Below are positions 1-7,941 of a DNA stretch of 39,704 nt, piece by piece. The notes under the pieces are model-generated. The model was not told the origin of the DNA, ran no database searches, and saw nothing but the letters and a program-made list of their open reading frames with translations. The position numbers and the translations under genes were made by a program. Numbering within the stretch: position 1 is the first letter of the stretch; each line of letters opens with the position of its first letter. The stretch lies in the sequence record NC_007456.1; one strand, 5' to 3'. The stretch comes from Escherichia phage K1F.

Positions 1-178
1 TCTCACAGTTCAAGAACCTCAAGTCTCCCCATAGGCCCTCTTTAAGTCCAGACCAAAGGCCCTACCCCAGTCTATCATAAGGTTGGACCGATGGTCAAGA
101 CGTCAGGTCAACGATAGGTCTAGGCTATGGCTTAGGGAAGGACGATAGGTGGTGACTATTGGTCTGTCTCTGAGTCTC
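1..178. repeat. Left direct terminal repeat (DTR), 178 bp, identical to 39527-39704
   Basis: Window start TCTCACAGTTCAAGAACCTC...CTGTCTCTGAGTCTC recurs exactly at the window end; typical of T7-like linear genomes. Confidence 0.95.
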
Positions 179-189
179 TATCTGTATCA

Positions 190-316
190 GACCATAGGTC
201 ACAGCCATAAGTCATAACCTCTACATCTCATAACCATAAGTCAAAACCTACAGTCTCACTAACCTACAGTCCTACAACCATAAGACACCAACACCTACAG
301 TCATAGACCTACAGTT
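190..316. repeat. Array of short direct repeats (CCTACAGT x4, CCATAAGTC-like x4) next to left DTR
   Basis: CCTACAGT at 247, 263, 294, 308; CCATA(A/G)GTC at 192, 205, 234, 278; analogous to T7 repeats flanking the terminal repeat. Confidence 0.7.
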
Positions 317-567
317 AATAGACACACAGCTATAGACTTAAGGTCAGAGACATGTTAGTCAAAGACTATATCCTCTTACACCATGAGGCCGACGATAGCT
401 CAATCAATATTATTTCGAATTACCTATTGACTATAGGTCCAGACTATGGCCTAATAGCTTCCGTCAACACGACACGGCAACAACCGGATAGTGAAGACGC
501 CTGGTCATCCCGGTTAAGTAGACAGCCTGATAAGTCATACGAACAACAGGCAGATGACAGAAAGTAG

Positions 568-597
568 TTGACAAGATGTAACGATAAGATGTAAGCT
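568..597 (+). promoter_or_regulatory. Candidate host sigma70 early promoter (TTGACA, 18-bp spacer, TAAGCT)
   Basis: Perfect -35 TTGACA at 568-573; weak -10 TAAGCT at 592-597; position matches T7 A-promoter region upstream of gene 0.3. Confidence 0.3.
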
Positions 598-784
598 GTA
601 CCACATCGAAACAACGGTGATGACCAACACTGAAATGGTCTACCTGAAGTCCTCTGACTGAAGGGAATGCTCTTTAACAATCTGGATAAACTCTTAATGT
701 GCGCCGATAGCGACTAACTACAGGGCCTTTGAGTCTACATCTGAAGGCCCTGACTGATAGTCACTAACTTAAAGGATGGACACT

Positions 785-1030
785 ATGAAACACTTAAGCA
801 CAATCACTAATCGCAATGAAGTATTCGTGAACACTAAAGGTTATGCGTGGATTCAGCTTAAAGAGATGACAGGAGCGCGTCACCGTGTGGTAGTGCGCAA
901 GGTCTCAAGCAAGCCGTTCAGCAACTACAGCGTAGATACTGTGCGTATAAACAACGAGACCTACCTGATAGACTCACAGATAACCGTGAGTCCTACAGCG
1001 GGCGTCTCAGCTCCTTATTTCGCTAACTGA
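785..1030 (+). CDS. Hypothetical early protein (82 aa; alternative start 776)
   Basis: ORF with AAGGA 9 nt upstream of ATG 785; first ORF after putative early promoter; no recognised homolog. Confidence 0.5.
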   Translation: MKHLSTITNRNEVFVNTKGYAWIQLKEMTGARHRVVVRKVSSKPFSNYSVDTVRINNETYLIDSQITVSPTAGVSAPYFAN

Positions 1031-1113
1031 GAGTGATTAACTACAGGTCGTTAGACTGCTAGCGGCCTGACTGATAGTCACTAACACATACTTAACTTTG
1101 AGAGGATATACCT

Positions 1114-1623
1114 ATGGAACGTAACGCTAACGCATACTATGAGCTGCTGGCTGCAACTGTTGAGCTGTTCAATGAGCGTATTCAGTACGACGAAATAACT
1201 GAAGGCGATGACTACAGCGATGCGCTGCATGAGGTCGTAGACGGTCAGGTTCCGCACTATTACCACGAGATTTTTACGGTGATGGCTGCTGATGGTATAG
1301 ACCACGAGTTCGAAGACTCTGGGCTGATGCCTGAGACCAAGGACGTAACGCGTATACTACAAGCTCGCATCTATGAGGCGCTGTATAACGATGTGTCTAA
1401 TAGCTCTGAGGTGGTCTGGTTTGAGGCTGAAGAGGAAGACGAAAAGGCTGAATATTGGGTAGTTGACACTAGAACAGGCGAGATAATTGAGGCAGCTGTA
1501 TCACTTTACGAGGCTATTGCATGTGCAAAAGAACTCTATGAGGAAGGTTTTCACATGCAGGTCGAAGACATCAACGATAACGTAGTGTTCGATCCTGCGG
1601 CTGCTGAGGAGGACTGCGAGTGA
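1114..1623 (+). CDS. 0.3: Ocr-like anti-restriction DNA-mimic protein (gene 0.3), 169 aa with C-terminal extension
   Basis: Strong similarity to T7 Ocr core (NERIQYDEI...[45 protein letters not shown]); highly acidic; SD GAGAGGA upstream. Confidence 0.9.
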   Translation: MERNANAYYELLAATVELFNERIQYDEITEGDDYSDALHEVVDGQVPHYYHEIFTVMAADGIDHEFEDSGLMPETKDVTRILQARIYEALYNDVSNSSEVVWFEAEEEDEKAEYWVVDTRTGEIIEAAVSLYEAIACAKELYEEGFHMQVEDINDNVVFDPAAAEEDCE

Positions 1624-1839
1624 TGGTAACTTATGGTCTCTGCCAGCACCACGTCACCAGCGCCCGGCTTATAGTCCAGACCGGGCGGTTAACCCATGAT
1701 GAGACTATGCGTCTCCTGAAGGTGGTCTACAAGCGCCGCAAGCGTATCCACGACAGTTTGCACGCTGAGTGATAGACGAGAGGCCGTCGACTGATAGGTG
1801 GCCTCAAAGATTATCACTTAAATTGATAGGAGTTAACTA

Positions 1840-2007
1840 ATGAAATTTACAATCATCGCACTTTACATCGCCAGCATTCTGTCATGGCTAACTGCGGTCA
1901 TAGTCGATGGGAATGCACTACGTCTTGGCTGGCTGGCAGTGGACATAATATTCTCTCCGGTAGGGATCGTGCGCGGTCTACTGATGTGGATTGGACTGGC
2001 GGGATAA
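1840..2007 (+). CDS. Small hydrophobic early protein (55 aa)
   Basis: ATG with AGGAG SD (taggagttaactaATG); two hydrophobic segments; not in ORF track (<60 aa). Confidence 0.45.
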   Translation: MKFTIIALYIASILSWLTAVIVDGNALRLGWLAVDIIFSPVGIVRGLLMWIGLAG

Positions 2008-2010
2008 TCT

Positions 2011-2208
2011 ATGAGTCTTGCACTATTGATAGCCATAGGCTATGGACTTATCGCCTACGTGCTGGTGAGAGACATCGACAAAGCGCGTAAAGTCTACAAA
2101 TTCAACTATGTACGTCTGGGCCGCTGGACTGTACGTCAACCTAACGGACGATTCATGCGCAACTTAGCGAACGTCTGGGATATAGCAACTATTGGGAGCA
2201 AACTGTAA
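2011..2208 (+). CDS. Small early protein (65 aa), N-terminal hydrophobic segment
   Basis: ORF track 2011..2208; starts 4 nt after previous ORF stop; position like T7 genes 0.4-0.6. Confidence 0.4.
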   Translation: MSLALLIAIGYGLIAYVLVRDIDKARKVYKFNYVRLGRWTVRQPNGRFMRNLANVWDIATIGSKL

Positions 2209-2288
2209 TGAAAACCGTATACATTAACAGACCATCTATCCGTTAGCAGTGTAGAGCAATACAGCGTGACGTGTTCTTACACCGCCGC

Positions 2289-2468
2289 ATGGAGGCTGAG
2301 GGCCATAAGTCCGAACTGATGTGTCTGGCGTATGGTGGACGACCGATCACTGACGATGGTAAACTTTTAGTCTCAGGCTGGAAGGCGATAGACCAACGGT
2401 CAACCATCAAGCACACGACTCACGGTGACTTCAGTCATCTTCACGCTAACCCACTGATATGCAAGTAA
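2289..2468 (+). CDS. Possible small early ORF (59 aa from ATG 2289; track gives GTG 2271)
   Basis: Open frame ending just upstream of promoter at 2474; no clear SD. Confidence 0.2.
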   Translation: MEAEGHKSELMCLAYGGRPITDDGKLLVSGWKAIDQRSTIKHTTHGDFSHLHANPLICK

Positions 2469-2473
2469 TTATG

Positions 2474-2496
2474 ACTTAACTATCACTATAGGACTC
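2474..2496 (+). promoter_or_regulatory. Phage RNAP promoter copy 1 (ACTTAACTATCACTATA|GGACTC), upstream of the RNAP gene
   Basis: Matches the 11-copy consensus; located 70 bp upstream of gene 1 start. Confidence 0.7.
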
Positions 2497-2565
2497 AAGG
2501 TCTAAGACTACAAGTGAAAGACCAAAGAGACTTTAAGTGAAAGACTAATAACAAGGACTTTAAGT

Positions 2566-5247
2566 ATGAGCGTCATCTCTATTGACAAACACGACTTCTC
2601 TGATGTGTCGAACGCCATTGAGCCGTTTAACCTGCTGGCCGACCACTACGGGCAAGACCTTGCAGTCAAACAGCTTCAGCTTGAGCATGAGGCATACACT
2701 GAAGGCGAGCGACGTTTCATCAAAAACCTTGAGCGACAGACTGAGCGCGGGGAACTGGCAGACAATCAGGTCGCCAAGCCTTTGATGCAGACTCTGGTTC
2801 CTAAGATTGCGCAAGCCGTCAAGGAGTGGCACGAAGGTCCAGACGGGAAGCTGTCAACCTCTCGTCCTAGCGTAGCGTTCACCATGTTGAGCACTGAAGA
2901 GAGGGCCGTTAAAGACCGTTCTCTACGCATCTCCTGCGAGTCTGCTGCTGTCATCATACTGAAGGTCATCCTCTCCAAGCTGGTCAAGCCTGAAGGGATA
3001 CCGATTACACCGATGGCCTCCGCGATAGGTCGCACACTTGAGGACGAAATCCGCTTCGGGCGCATCCGTGACAAGGAGAAGGAGCACTTCAAGAAGGCGA
3101 TAGCTGATAACCTGAACAAGCGAGCTGGTGCATCCTATAAGAAAGCCTACATGCAAGCGGTCGAAGCATCCATGCTGGAGCAAGGCCAACTGGAAGATGC
3201 ATGGGGGACTTGGAGTCCTACAGAGGCTGTCCACGTTGGCATCAAGATGCTTGAGATTGTCATCCAGTCAACACAACTGGTCGAGCTTAAGCGTTACGGT
3301 GCTGGCAATGCAGCGGCTGATGTCGAGATGGTCCACCTGTCAGACTTCTGGGTCAAGAAGATGGCACAACGTGGATTCAGCCTTGCGGGTATCGCACCAG
3401 TCTATCAGCCTTGCGTCGTTCCACCTAAGCCGTGGACGGGTGTCGTAGGCGGTGGTTACTGGGCCAAAGGTCGCAGACCATTACCGCTGATTCGCTTAGG
3501 CTCTAAGTCTGCGGTAGCACGTTACGAAGACGTGTACATGCCTGAAGTCTATGAAGCTGTGAACATCATTCAGAATACACCTTGGAAAGTGAACAAGAAG
3601 GTTCTGGACGTGGTGAACATGGTCGAGAAGCTGAACAACACGCCTATTGATGACATCCCTCAGATGGAACCACTGAAGCCTGAGGCTTATGCGGGTGAGA
3701 CCGAGGAGGAACTCAAGGCATGGAAGAAGGCTGCTGCTGGTATCTATCGCCGCGAGAAGGCCAGACAGTCACGCAGGTTGTCACTGAGCTTTATCGTTAA
3801 CCAAGCGAACAAGTTCTCTCAGTTCAAGGCTATATGGTTCCCGTACAACATGGACTGGCGCGGTCGCGTCTACGCTGTGCCGATGTTCAACCCTCAGGGT
3901 AACGACATGCAGAAGGGTCTCCTGACTCTGGCAGTTGGCAAGCCTATTGGTGCTGACGGTTTCAAATGGCTAAAGGTACACGGTGCAAACTGCGCGGGTG
4001 TCGATAAAGTCACCTTCGAGGAGCGCATCAAGTGGGTGGAAGACAACCACGACAACATCATGGCTGCTGCTAAAGCACCTATGGACAGCATTGAGTGGTG
4101 GGGAAAGTTAGACTCTCCGTTCTGTTTCCTCGCGTTCTGCTTCGAGTATGCTGGCGTAATGCACCATGGCCTGTCTTACTCCTGCTCGCTGCCGATAGCG
4201 TTCGATGGGTCCTGCTCTGGGATTCAGCACTTCAGCGCGATGCTTCGTGACCACATCGGTGGACATGCGGTAAACCTGACGCCTTCCGGTAAAGTCCAAG
4301 ACATCTACCGCATCGTGTCCGACCGCATTGAGGAGGAGCTTAAAGTCCTGCTGGTTAACGGCACGGACAACGAGATGGTAACTCACGAGGACAAGAAAAC
4401 TGGTGAGATTACCGAGCGTCTCAAGCTGGGGACACGAGAGCTGGCCCGTCAGTGGCTGACCTACGGTATGTCACGAAAGGTCACTAAGCGTTCGGTCATG
4501 ACTCTGGCCTACGGGTCGAAAGAGTACGGCTTCGCAGACCAAGTTTACGAGGACATCGTGATGCCAGCGATTGACTCAGGGTCTGGCGCTATGTTCACTG
4601 AACCAAGCCAAGCATCTCGCTTCATGGCTAAGATGATTTGGGAAGCTGTGAGTGTGACCGTAGTTGCTGCGGTTGACGCGATGAAATGGCTTCAGGGTGC
4701 TGCCAAGCTGCTGGCGGCTGAAGTGAAGGACAAGAAGACGGGTGAAATCCTGAAGCCTTGCCTTCCGGTACACTGGGTCACACCTGATGGGTTCCCGGTC
4801 TGGCAGGAATACCGCAAGAAGGATACTACTCGTCTGAACCTGATGTTCTTAGGGTCCTTCAACCTTCAACCTACCGTCAACAAAGGTACGAAGAAAGAGC
4901 TGGATAAGCACAAGCAGGAGTCAGGCATTAGCCCGAACTTCGTCCACTCACAAGATGGTAGCCACCTCCGCAAGACTGTAGTCCATACTCACCGCAAGTA
5001 TGGCGTGATGTCGTTCGCAGTGATTCACGATAGCTTCGGGACCATCCCGGCTGACGCTGAGTATCTGTTCCGTGGGGTCCGTGAGACTATGGTCGAGACC
5101 TACCGCGACAACGATGTGCTGCTTGACTTCTACGAGCAGTTTGAATACCAGCTTCACGAGAGCCAGCGCGATAAGTTGCCAGAGCTTCCGAAGAAAGGTA
5201 AACTGAATATCGAAGACATCTTGTCTTCAGACTTTGCATTCGCTTAA
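2566..5247 (+). CDS. 1: Single-subunit DNA-directed RNA polymerase (T7 gene 1 homolog), 893 aa
   Basis: Collinear similarity to T7 RNAP from N-terminus (KHDFSD...PFN.LADHYG) to C-terminal DFAFA; AAGGA SD. Confidence 0.97.
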   Translation: MSVISIDKHDFSDVSNAIEPFNLLADHYGQDLAVKQLQLEHEAYTEGERRFIKNLERQTERGELADNQVAKPLMQTLVPKIAQAVKEWHEGPDGKLSTSRPSVAFTMLSTEERAVKDRSLRISCESAAVIILKVILSKLVKPEGIPITPMASAIGRTLEDEIRFGRIRDKEKEHFKKAIADNLNKRAGASYKKAYMQAVEASMLEQGQLEDAWGTWSPTEAVHVGIKMLEIVIQSTQLVELKRYGAGNAAADVEMVHLSDFWVKKMAQRGFSLAGIAPVYQPCVVPPKPWTGVVGGGYWAKGRRPLPLIRLGSKSAVARYEDVYMPEVYEAVNIIQNTPWKVNKKVLDVVNMVEKLNNTPIDDIPQMEPLKPEAYAGETEEELKAWKKAAAGIYRREKARQSRRLSLSFIVNQANKFSQFKAIWFPYNMDWRGRVYAVPMFNPQGNDMQKGLLTLAVGKPIGADGFKWLKVHGANCAGVDKVTFEERIKWVEDNHDNIMAAAKAPMDSIEWWGKLDSPFCFLAFCFEYAGVMHHGLSYSCSLPIAFDGSCSGIQHFSAMLRDHIGGHAVNLTPSGKVQDIYRIVSDRIEEELKVLLVNGTDNEMVTHEDKKTGEITERLKLGTRELARQWLTYGMSRKVTKRSVMTLAYGSKEYGFADQVYEDIVMPAIDSGSGAMFTEPSQASRFMAKMIWEAVSVTVVAAVDAMKWLQGAAKLLAAEVKDKKTGEILKPCLPVHWVTPDGFPVWQEYRKKDTTRLNLMFLGSFNLQPTVNKGTKKELDKHKQESGISPNFVHSQDGSHLRKTVVHTHRKYGVMSFAVIHDSFGTIPADAEYLFRGVRETMVETYRDNDVLLDFYEQFEYQLHESQRDKLPELPKKGKLNIEDILSSDFAFA

Positions 5248-5261
5248 CAGGAGAGAGAGCT

Positions 5262-5477
5262 ATGAAATTTGCACACAAGCATACTGGCGTTAATGGTGGG
5301 ACTCAAATCGTGACCGTAACAGAACACAACGGCAAGGGTCTGGTGAAGACCACGGTCATCCCTACCGAGATGTCCAAGCAGCTTAACATCCCGTTCAAGA
5401 CTCTTGTAGATCTGGTCGAGTCCAGCCACGAGAAGTACCTGAAGGACGCAGTGTCCAAGCTGGAGCAGGCCAAATGA
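5262..5477 (+). CDS. Hypothetical protein (71 aa)
   Basis: ORF with strong SD (aacaggagagagagctATG) immediately after gene 1. Confidence 0.55.
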   Translation: MKFAHKHTGVNGGTQIVTVTEHNGKGLVKTTVIPTEMSKQLNIPFKTLVDLVESSHEKYLKDAVSKLEQAK

Positions 5478-5551
5478 CAGACCTACAGTTACTGGCCTTG
5501 TGGCTAGGAGCACTCGCAGTATTCACTTTAATCCAACGCAGAAGAGGTTAA

Positions 5552-5574
5552 CCTAAACTATCACTATAGGATTA
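5552..5574 (+). promoter_or_regulatory. Phage RNAP promoter copy 2 (CCTAAACTATCACTATA|GGATTA)
   Basis: Consensus match; position equals T7 phi1.1 promoters downstream of gene 1. Confidence 0.75.
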
Positions 5575-5618
5575 GACTCAAGGTCATGACTCAAAGTCGT
5601 GGCCTTCATGATTAACCC
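5573..5618 (+). promoter_or_regulatory. Conserved ~45-bp element A (TAGACTCAAGGTCAT...GTGGCCTTCATGATTAACCC), RNase III-site-like
   Basis: One of three near-identical elements (5573, 12860, 36453) at positions matching T7 R1.1, R4.7, R18.5. Confidence 0.4.
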
Positions 5619-5647
5619 TGAATAAACACTACTGGAGATTTAACCGT

Positions 5648-5828
5648 ATGTATCAGAATACTATCAACTTCGAGCGCATCCGTGAACGTCAGCAGACTTG
5701 AAGGTTACATTCCTAAGGGCCGCAAGCTGAACAAGACTAAACGTGGAGGTGGTATCAAGGGTGCTTTCCGTAACGCTGAGGGCAAAGACTCTATGGTCAA
5801 CCAAGAGAAATACTTCGTAGGAGCATAA
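5648..5828 (+). other. Gene 1.1-like coding region split across two frames (17-codon ORF 5648-5701, then +1-frame basic segment KGRKLNKTKR... ending 5828)
   Basis: ATG 5648 has GGAG SD and NFE motif; downstream frame has GRKLNKTKR motif recalled from T7 gp1.1 but only a GTG start (5682). Confidence 0.4.
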
Positions 5829-5832
5829 CGCT

Positions 5833-6096
5833 ATGGGCCGACTTTATAGTGGCAACCTCAACGCTTTCAGAGCAGCGTGTGACAGGCTCTATCAGTTAGA
5901 CTTCGCTGTCATATCTCAAGAGTTTCAAGACCATGTGTCACGCCAAGAGTGCATGAAACTCAGGGTAGAGGACCGAGCTGGTAACATCTTCGCGCTTAAG
6001 ACCTTCGAACACCGCGATGAAAACGTACTGTACAACACTGCAACAGGCTTCCTTAACTGTCTCGCTAACCAACTCGACACATGGAGCAAATCATAA
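5833..6096 (+). CDS. 1.2: gp1.2-like protein (T7 dGTPase inhibitor homolog), 87 aa
   Basis: N-terminus MGRLYSGNLNAF... closely matches T7 gp1.2. Confidence 0.88.
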   Translation: MGRLYSGNLNAFRAACDRLYQLDFAVISQEFQDHVSRQECMKLRVEDRAGNIFALKTFEHRDENVLYNTATGFLNCLANQLDTWSKS

Positions 6097-7118
6097 TGAC
6101 AACTATTAAAACTAACCCGCACCGCGCTGTAGATTACTCTGAGTCTGGCGTTAAGAAGGCACTGGCAGCAGCCGGGTCGCTGGAAGCTGAAGTGAAGTAT
6201 GACGGTGTGCGCCTGAATCTCCCGGTCCTGCGTGAAGGTGAGACCTACTGGCTGAGCCGTGAGTCTAAACCTCTTCCAGCCTTGGAGTGGATGAACTCTG
6301 AGTTAGGGAATGCGTGGACCCAAGCTGACTGGCGTTGGTTCCTACGTCAAGCTGGATACGAAGGCGTGGGTCTGATGATTGACGGAGAGGTCATGGTCAA
6401 AGGCGTTGACTTCAACACATCATCGGGTCTCATCCGAACGAAGTGGCTGAAGCCTAGCAACGAAGAGTTCGCTGAATGTTATCCGGGACGAGGCAATAAG
6501 GTCCCGTTCTGGGTAGCCCGGTCAAGACTTAAGGTTGTTGTATACGGTGTCGTAGACATGACAACCATTGCTGACCCGAAAGCCGAAGGTCCTATCCATA
6601 GCGTAACCCGCCTGAAGGCCGAAGCTATCGTCCCTCTCCTTCAGAAATACTTCCCGGAAATCGACTGGGTTCTCTCTGAGAGTCATACAGTGTTCAACCT
6701 TGAGTCTCTTCGTGATTTGTACGAGGAGAAGCGAGCAGATGGACATGAAGGTCTGGTAGTCAAGGACCCACTGGGAAAATACAAGCGTGGTAAGAAGTCT
6801 GGTATGTGGAAGATGAAGCCAAGTGAAGAGGCAGATGGTCACGTTGTTCGCCCGGTGTGGGGAACAGAAGGTCTAGCCAACGAAGGTATGGTCATCGGCT
6901 TTGACGTTATGCTCGAGAACGGGATGGAGGTCTCCGCAACTAACATTAGTCGCGCCCTTATGTCCGAGTTCACAGAGAATGTTAAGTCAGACCCTGACTA
7001 CTACAAGGGGTGGGCTTGCCAGATTACCTACATGGAGGAGACACCAGATGGCTCATTGCGACATCCCTCGTTCGACCAGTGGCGTGGGACGGAAGATAAC
7101 CCGACCATTAAGAGCTAA
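6096..7118 (+). CDS. 1.3: ATP-dependent DNA ligase (T7 gene 1.3 homolog)
   Basis: IKTNP...EVKYDGVR (adenylation Lys motif) ...DGEVMVKGVDFNT...EGLVVKDP...WKMKP...WACQITYMEETPDGSLRHPSF; start at ATG 6096 (track 6081) overlapping 1.2 stop. Confidence 0.93.
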   Translation: MTTIKTNPHRAVDYSESGVKKALAAAGSLEAEVKYDGVRLNLPVLREGETYWLSRESKPLPALEWMNSELGNAWTQADWRWFLRQAGYEGVGLMIDGEVMVKGVDFNTSSGLIRTKWLKPSNEEFAECYPGRGNKVPFWVARSRLKVVVYGVVDMTTIADPKAEGPIHSVTRLKAEAIVPLLQKYFPEIDWVLSESHTVFNLESLRDLYEEKRADGHEGLVVKDPLGKYKRGKKSGMWKMKPSEEADGHVVRPVWGTEGLANEGMVIGFDVMLENGMEVSATNISRALMSEFTENVKSDPDYYKGWACQITYMEETPDGSLRHPSFDQWRGTEDNPTIKS

Positions 7119-7127
7119 CTAAATGTC

Positions 7128-7160
7128 AACCCAGTGGTCTTATGACTGCTGGGTTTCTTT
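7128..7160 (+). terminator. Rho-independent terminator (early terminator TE analog)
   Basis: 12-bp stem AACCCAGTGGTC/GACTGCTGGGTT with TTAT loop followed by TCTTT; directly after ligase as in T7. Confidence 0.7.
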
Positions 7161-7182
7161 GCGTCTGGGCCACCAGCTAGAC

Positions 7183-7205
7183 CCTAAGCTATCACTATAG
7201 GACAA
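7183..7205 (+). promoter_or_regulatory. Phage RNAP promoter copy 3 (CCTAAGCTATCACTATA|GGACAA)
   Basis: Consensus match with G at -12. Confidence 0.7.
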
Positions 7206-7229
7206 CCATCAACAACCTAAGGAGACTCT

Positions 7230-7487
7230 ATGTCTAAGAACTTAATGTTCAACCGTTATTCTAATACCTTCCACCTGTCCAACAACCCGTTCGCTTGCAT
7301 TAAGCGCAACGAGAAACTTGGCTACTTCGGGAAGGCCGTTAAGCTGTCACCTACAGTCTATGCTCTGATTACTCCTGGAAAAGCTGAAGAGGCTCGCCAG
7401 AAGCGTGAGACAAATGTGCCCGTGGTCTACACTAAGTGGCCTCGCGTTCGGCTGTTTGTTGAGGTCGTAAAGGAGGTGTTCTTATGA
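7230..7487 (+). CDS. Hypothetical protein (85 aa), gene 1.4-1.6 position
   Basis: ORF with AAGGAG SD downstream of promoter 7183. Confidence 0.6.
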   Translation: MSKNLMFNRYSNTFHLSNNPFACIKRNEKLGYFGKAVKLSPTVYALITPGKAEEARQKRETNVPVVYTKWPRVRLFVEVVKEVFL

Positions 7488-7930
7488 CTACTTATGATAA
7501 TATGATTATCAAGCTAATCGATATGAACGATGGTAATCCAGACCATTTATATAACTGTTCCTTCAATTGTGCTGGAGTTCCTTGTAACATCTGCCCCGCT
7601 AAGGATGATGACGATATGACCTTAGGTGAAATCCGAGCGATGGACCCGCGTAAATCTCATCTGAATAAACTTGAGGTAACTCCTACAGATGACCAGCCTT
7701 CCACTGAATCAATCGAAGGTGTCACTAAGCCTTCCCATTACATGCTGTTCGACGACATTGAGGCTATCGAAGTGATTGCCCGTTCAATGACTCGTGAGCA
7801 GTTCAAAGGGTACTGCTTAGGGAACATCCTTAAGTACCGCCTACGCGCTGGTAAGAAAGTCAGAACTTGCTTACTTAGAGAAAGCCAGGGCGAAAGTTGG
7901 ATTCTATGGGGAACTGTACGAGAAACATAA
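7484..7930 (+). CDS. gp1.7-like protein (DUF3310-like motifs); C-terminus appears to continue in +1 frame to 7952
   Basis: Motifs KPSHY...IEAIEV...FKGYCLGNILKYRLRAGKK; after AAGAAAG (7853-7859) the +1 frame reads SELAYLEKARAKVGFYGELYEKHKDKCYDA*. Confidence 0.6.
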   Translation: MTTYDNMIIKLIDMNDGNPDHLYNCSFNCAGVPCNICPAKDDDDMTLGEIRAMDPRKSHLNKLEVTPTDDQPSTESIEGVTKPSHYMLFDDIEAIEVIARSMTREQFKGYCLGNILKYRLRAGKKVRTCLLRESQGESWILWGTVRET

Positions 7931-7941
7931 GGATAAGTGCT

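Noticed and set aside
352-567. 71-aa ORF just inside the left end
   Set aside because: Lies within the end-proximal repeat region upstream of the putative early promoter, has no convincing SD and no recognisable homology; T7-like phages have no gene here
1884-2090. 68-aa track ORF in the early region
   Set aside because: Overlaps two better candidates (1840-2007 and 2011-2208), which have an SD and tight start-stop spacing; lacks its own SD
2766-3119. Minus-strand ORFs inside the RNAP gene (and all other minus-strand ORFs in the track, e.g. 21604-22125, 20125-20526, 35486-35881)
   Set aside because: All are embedded antisense in strongly supported + strand genes of a T7-like genome transcribed rightward only; sizes are as expected by chance
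3128-3448. Same-strand alternate-frame ORFs inside large genes (e.g. 3128-3448, 11567-11758, 24377-24640, 31793-32071)
   Set aside because: Embedded in well-supported genes with no SD or homology; typical out-of-frame open stretches
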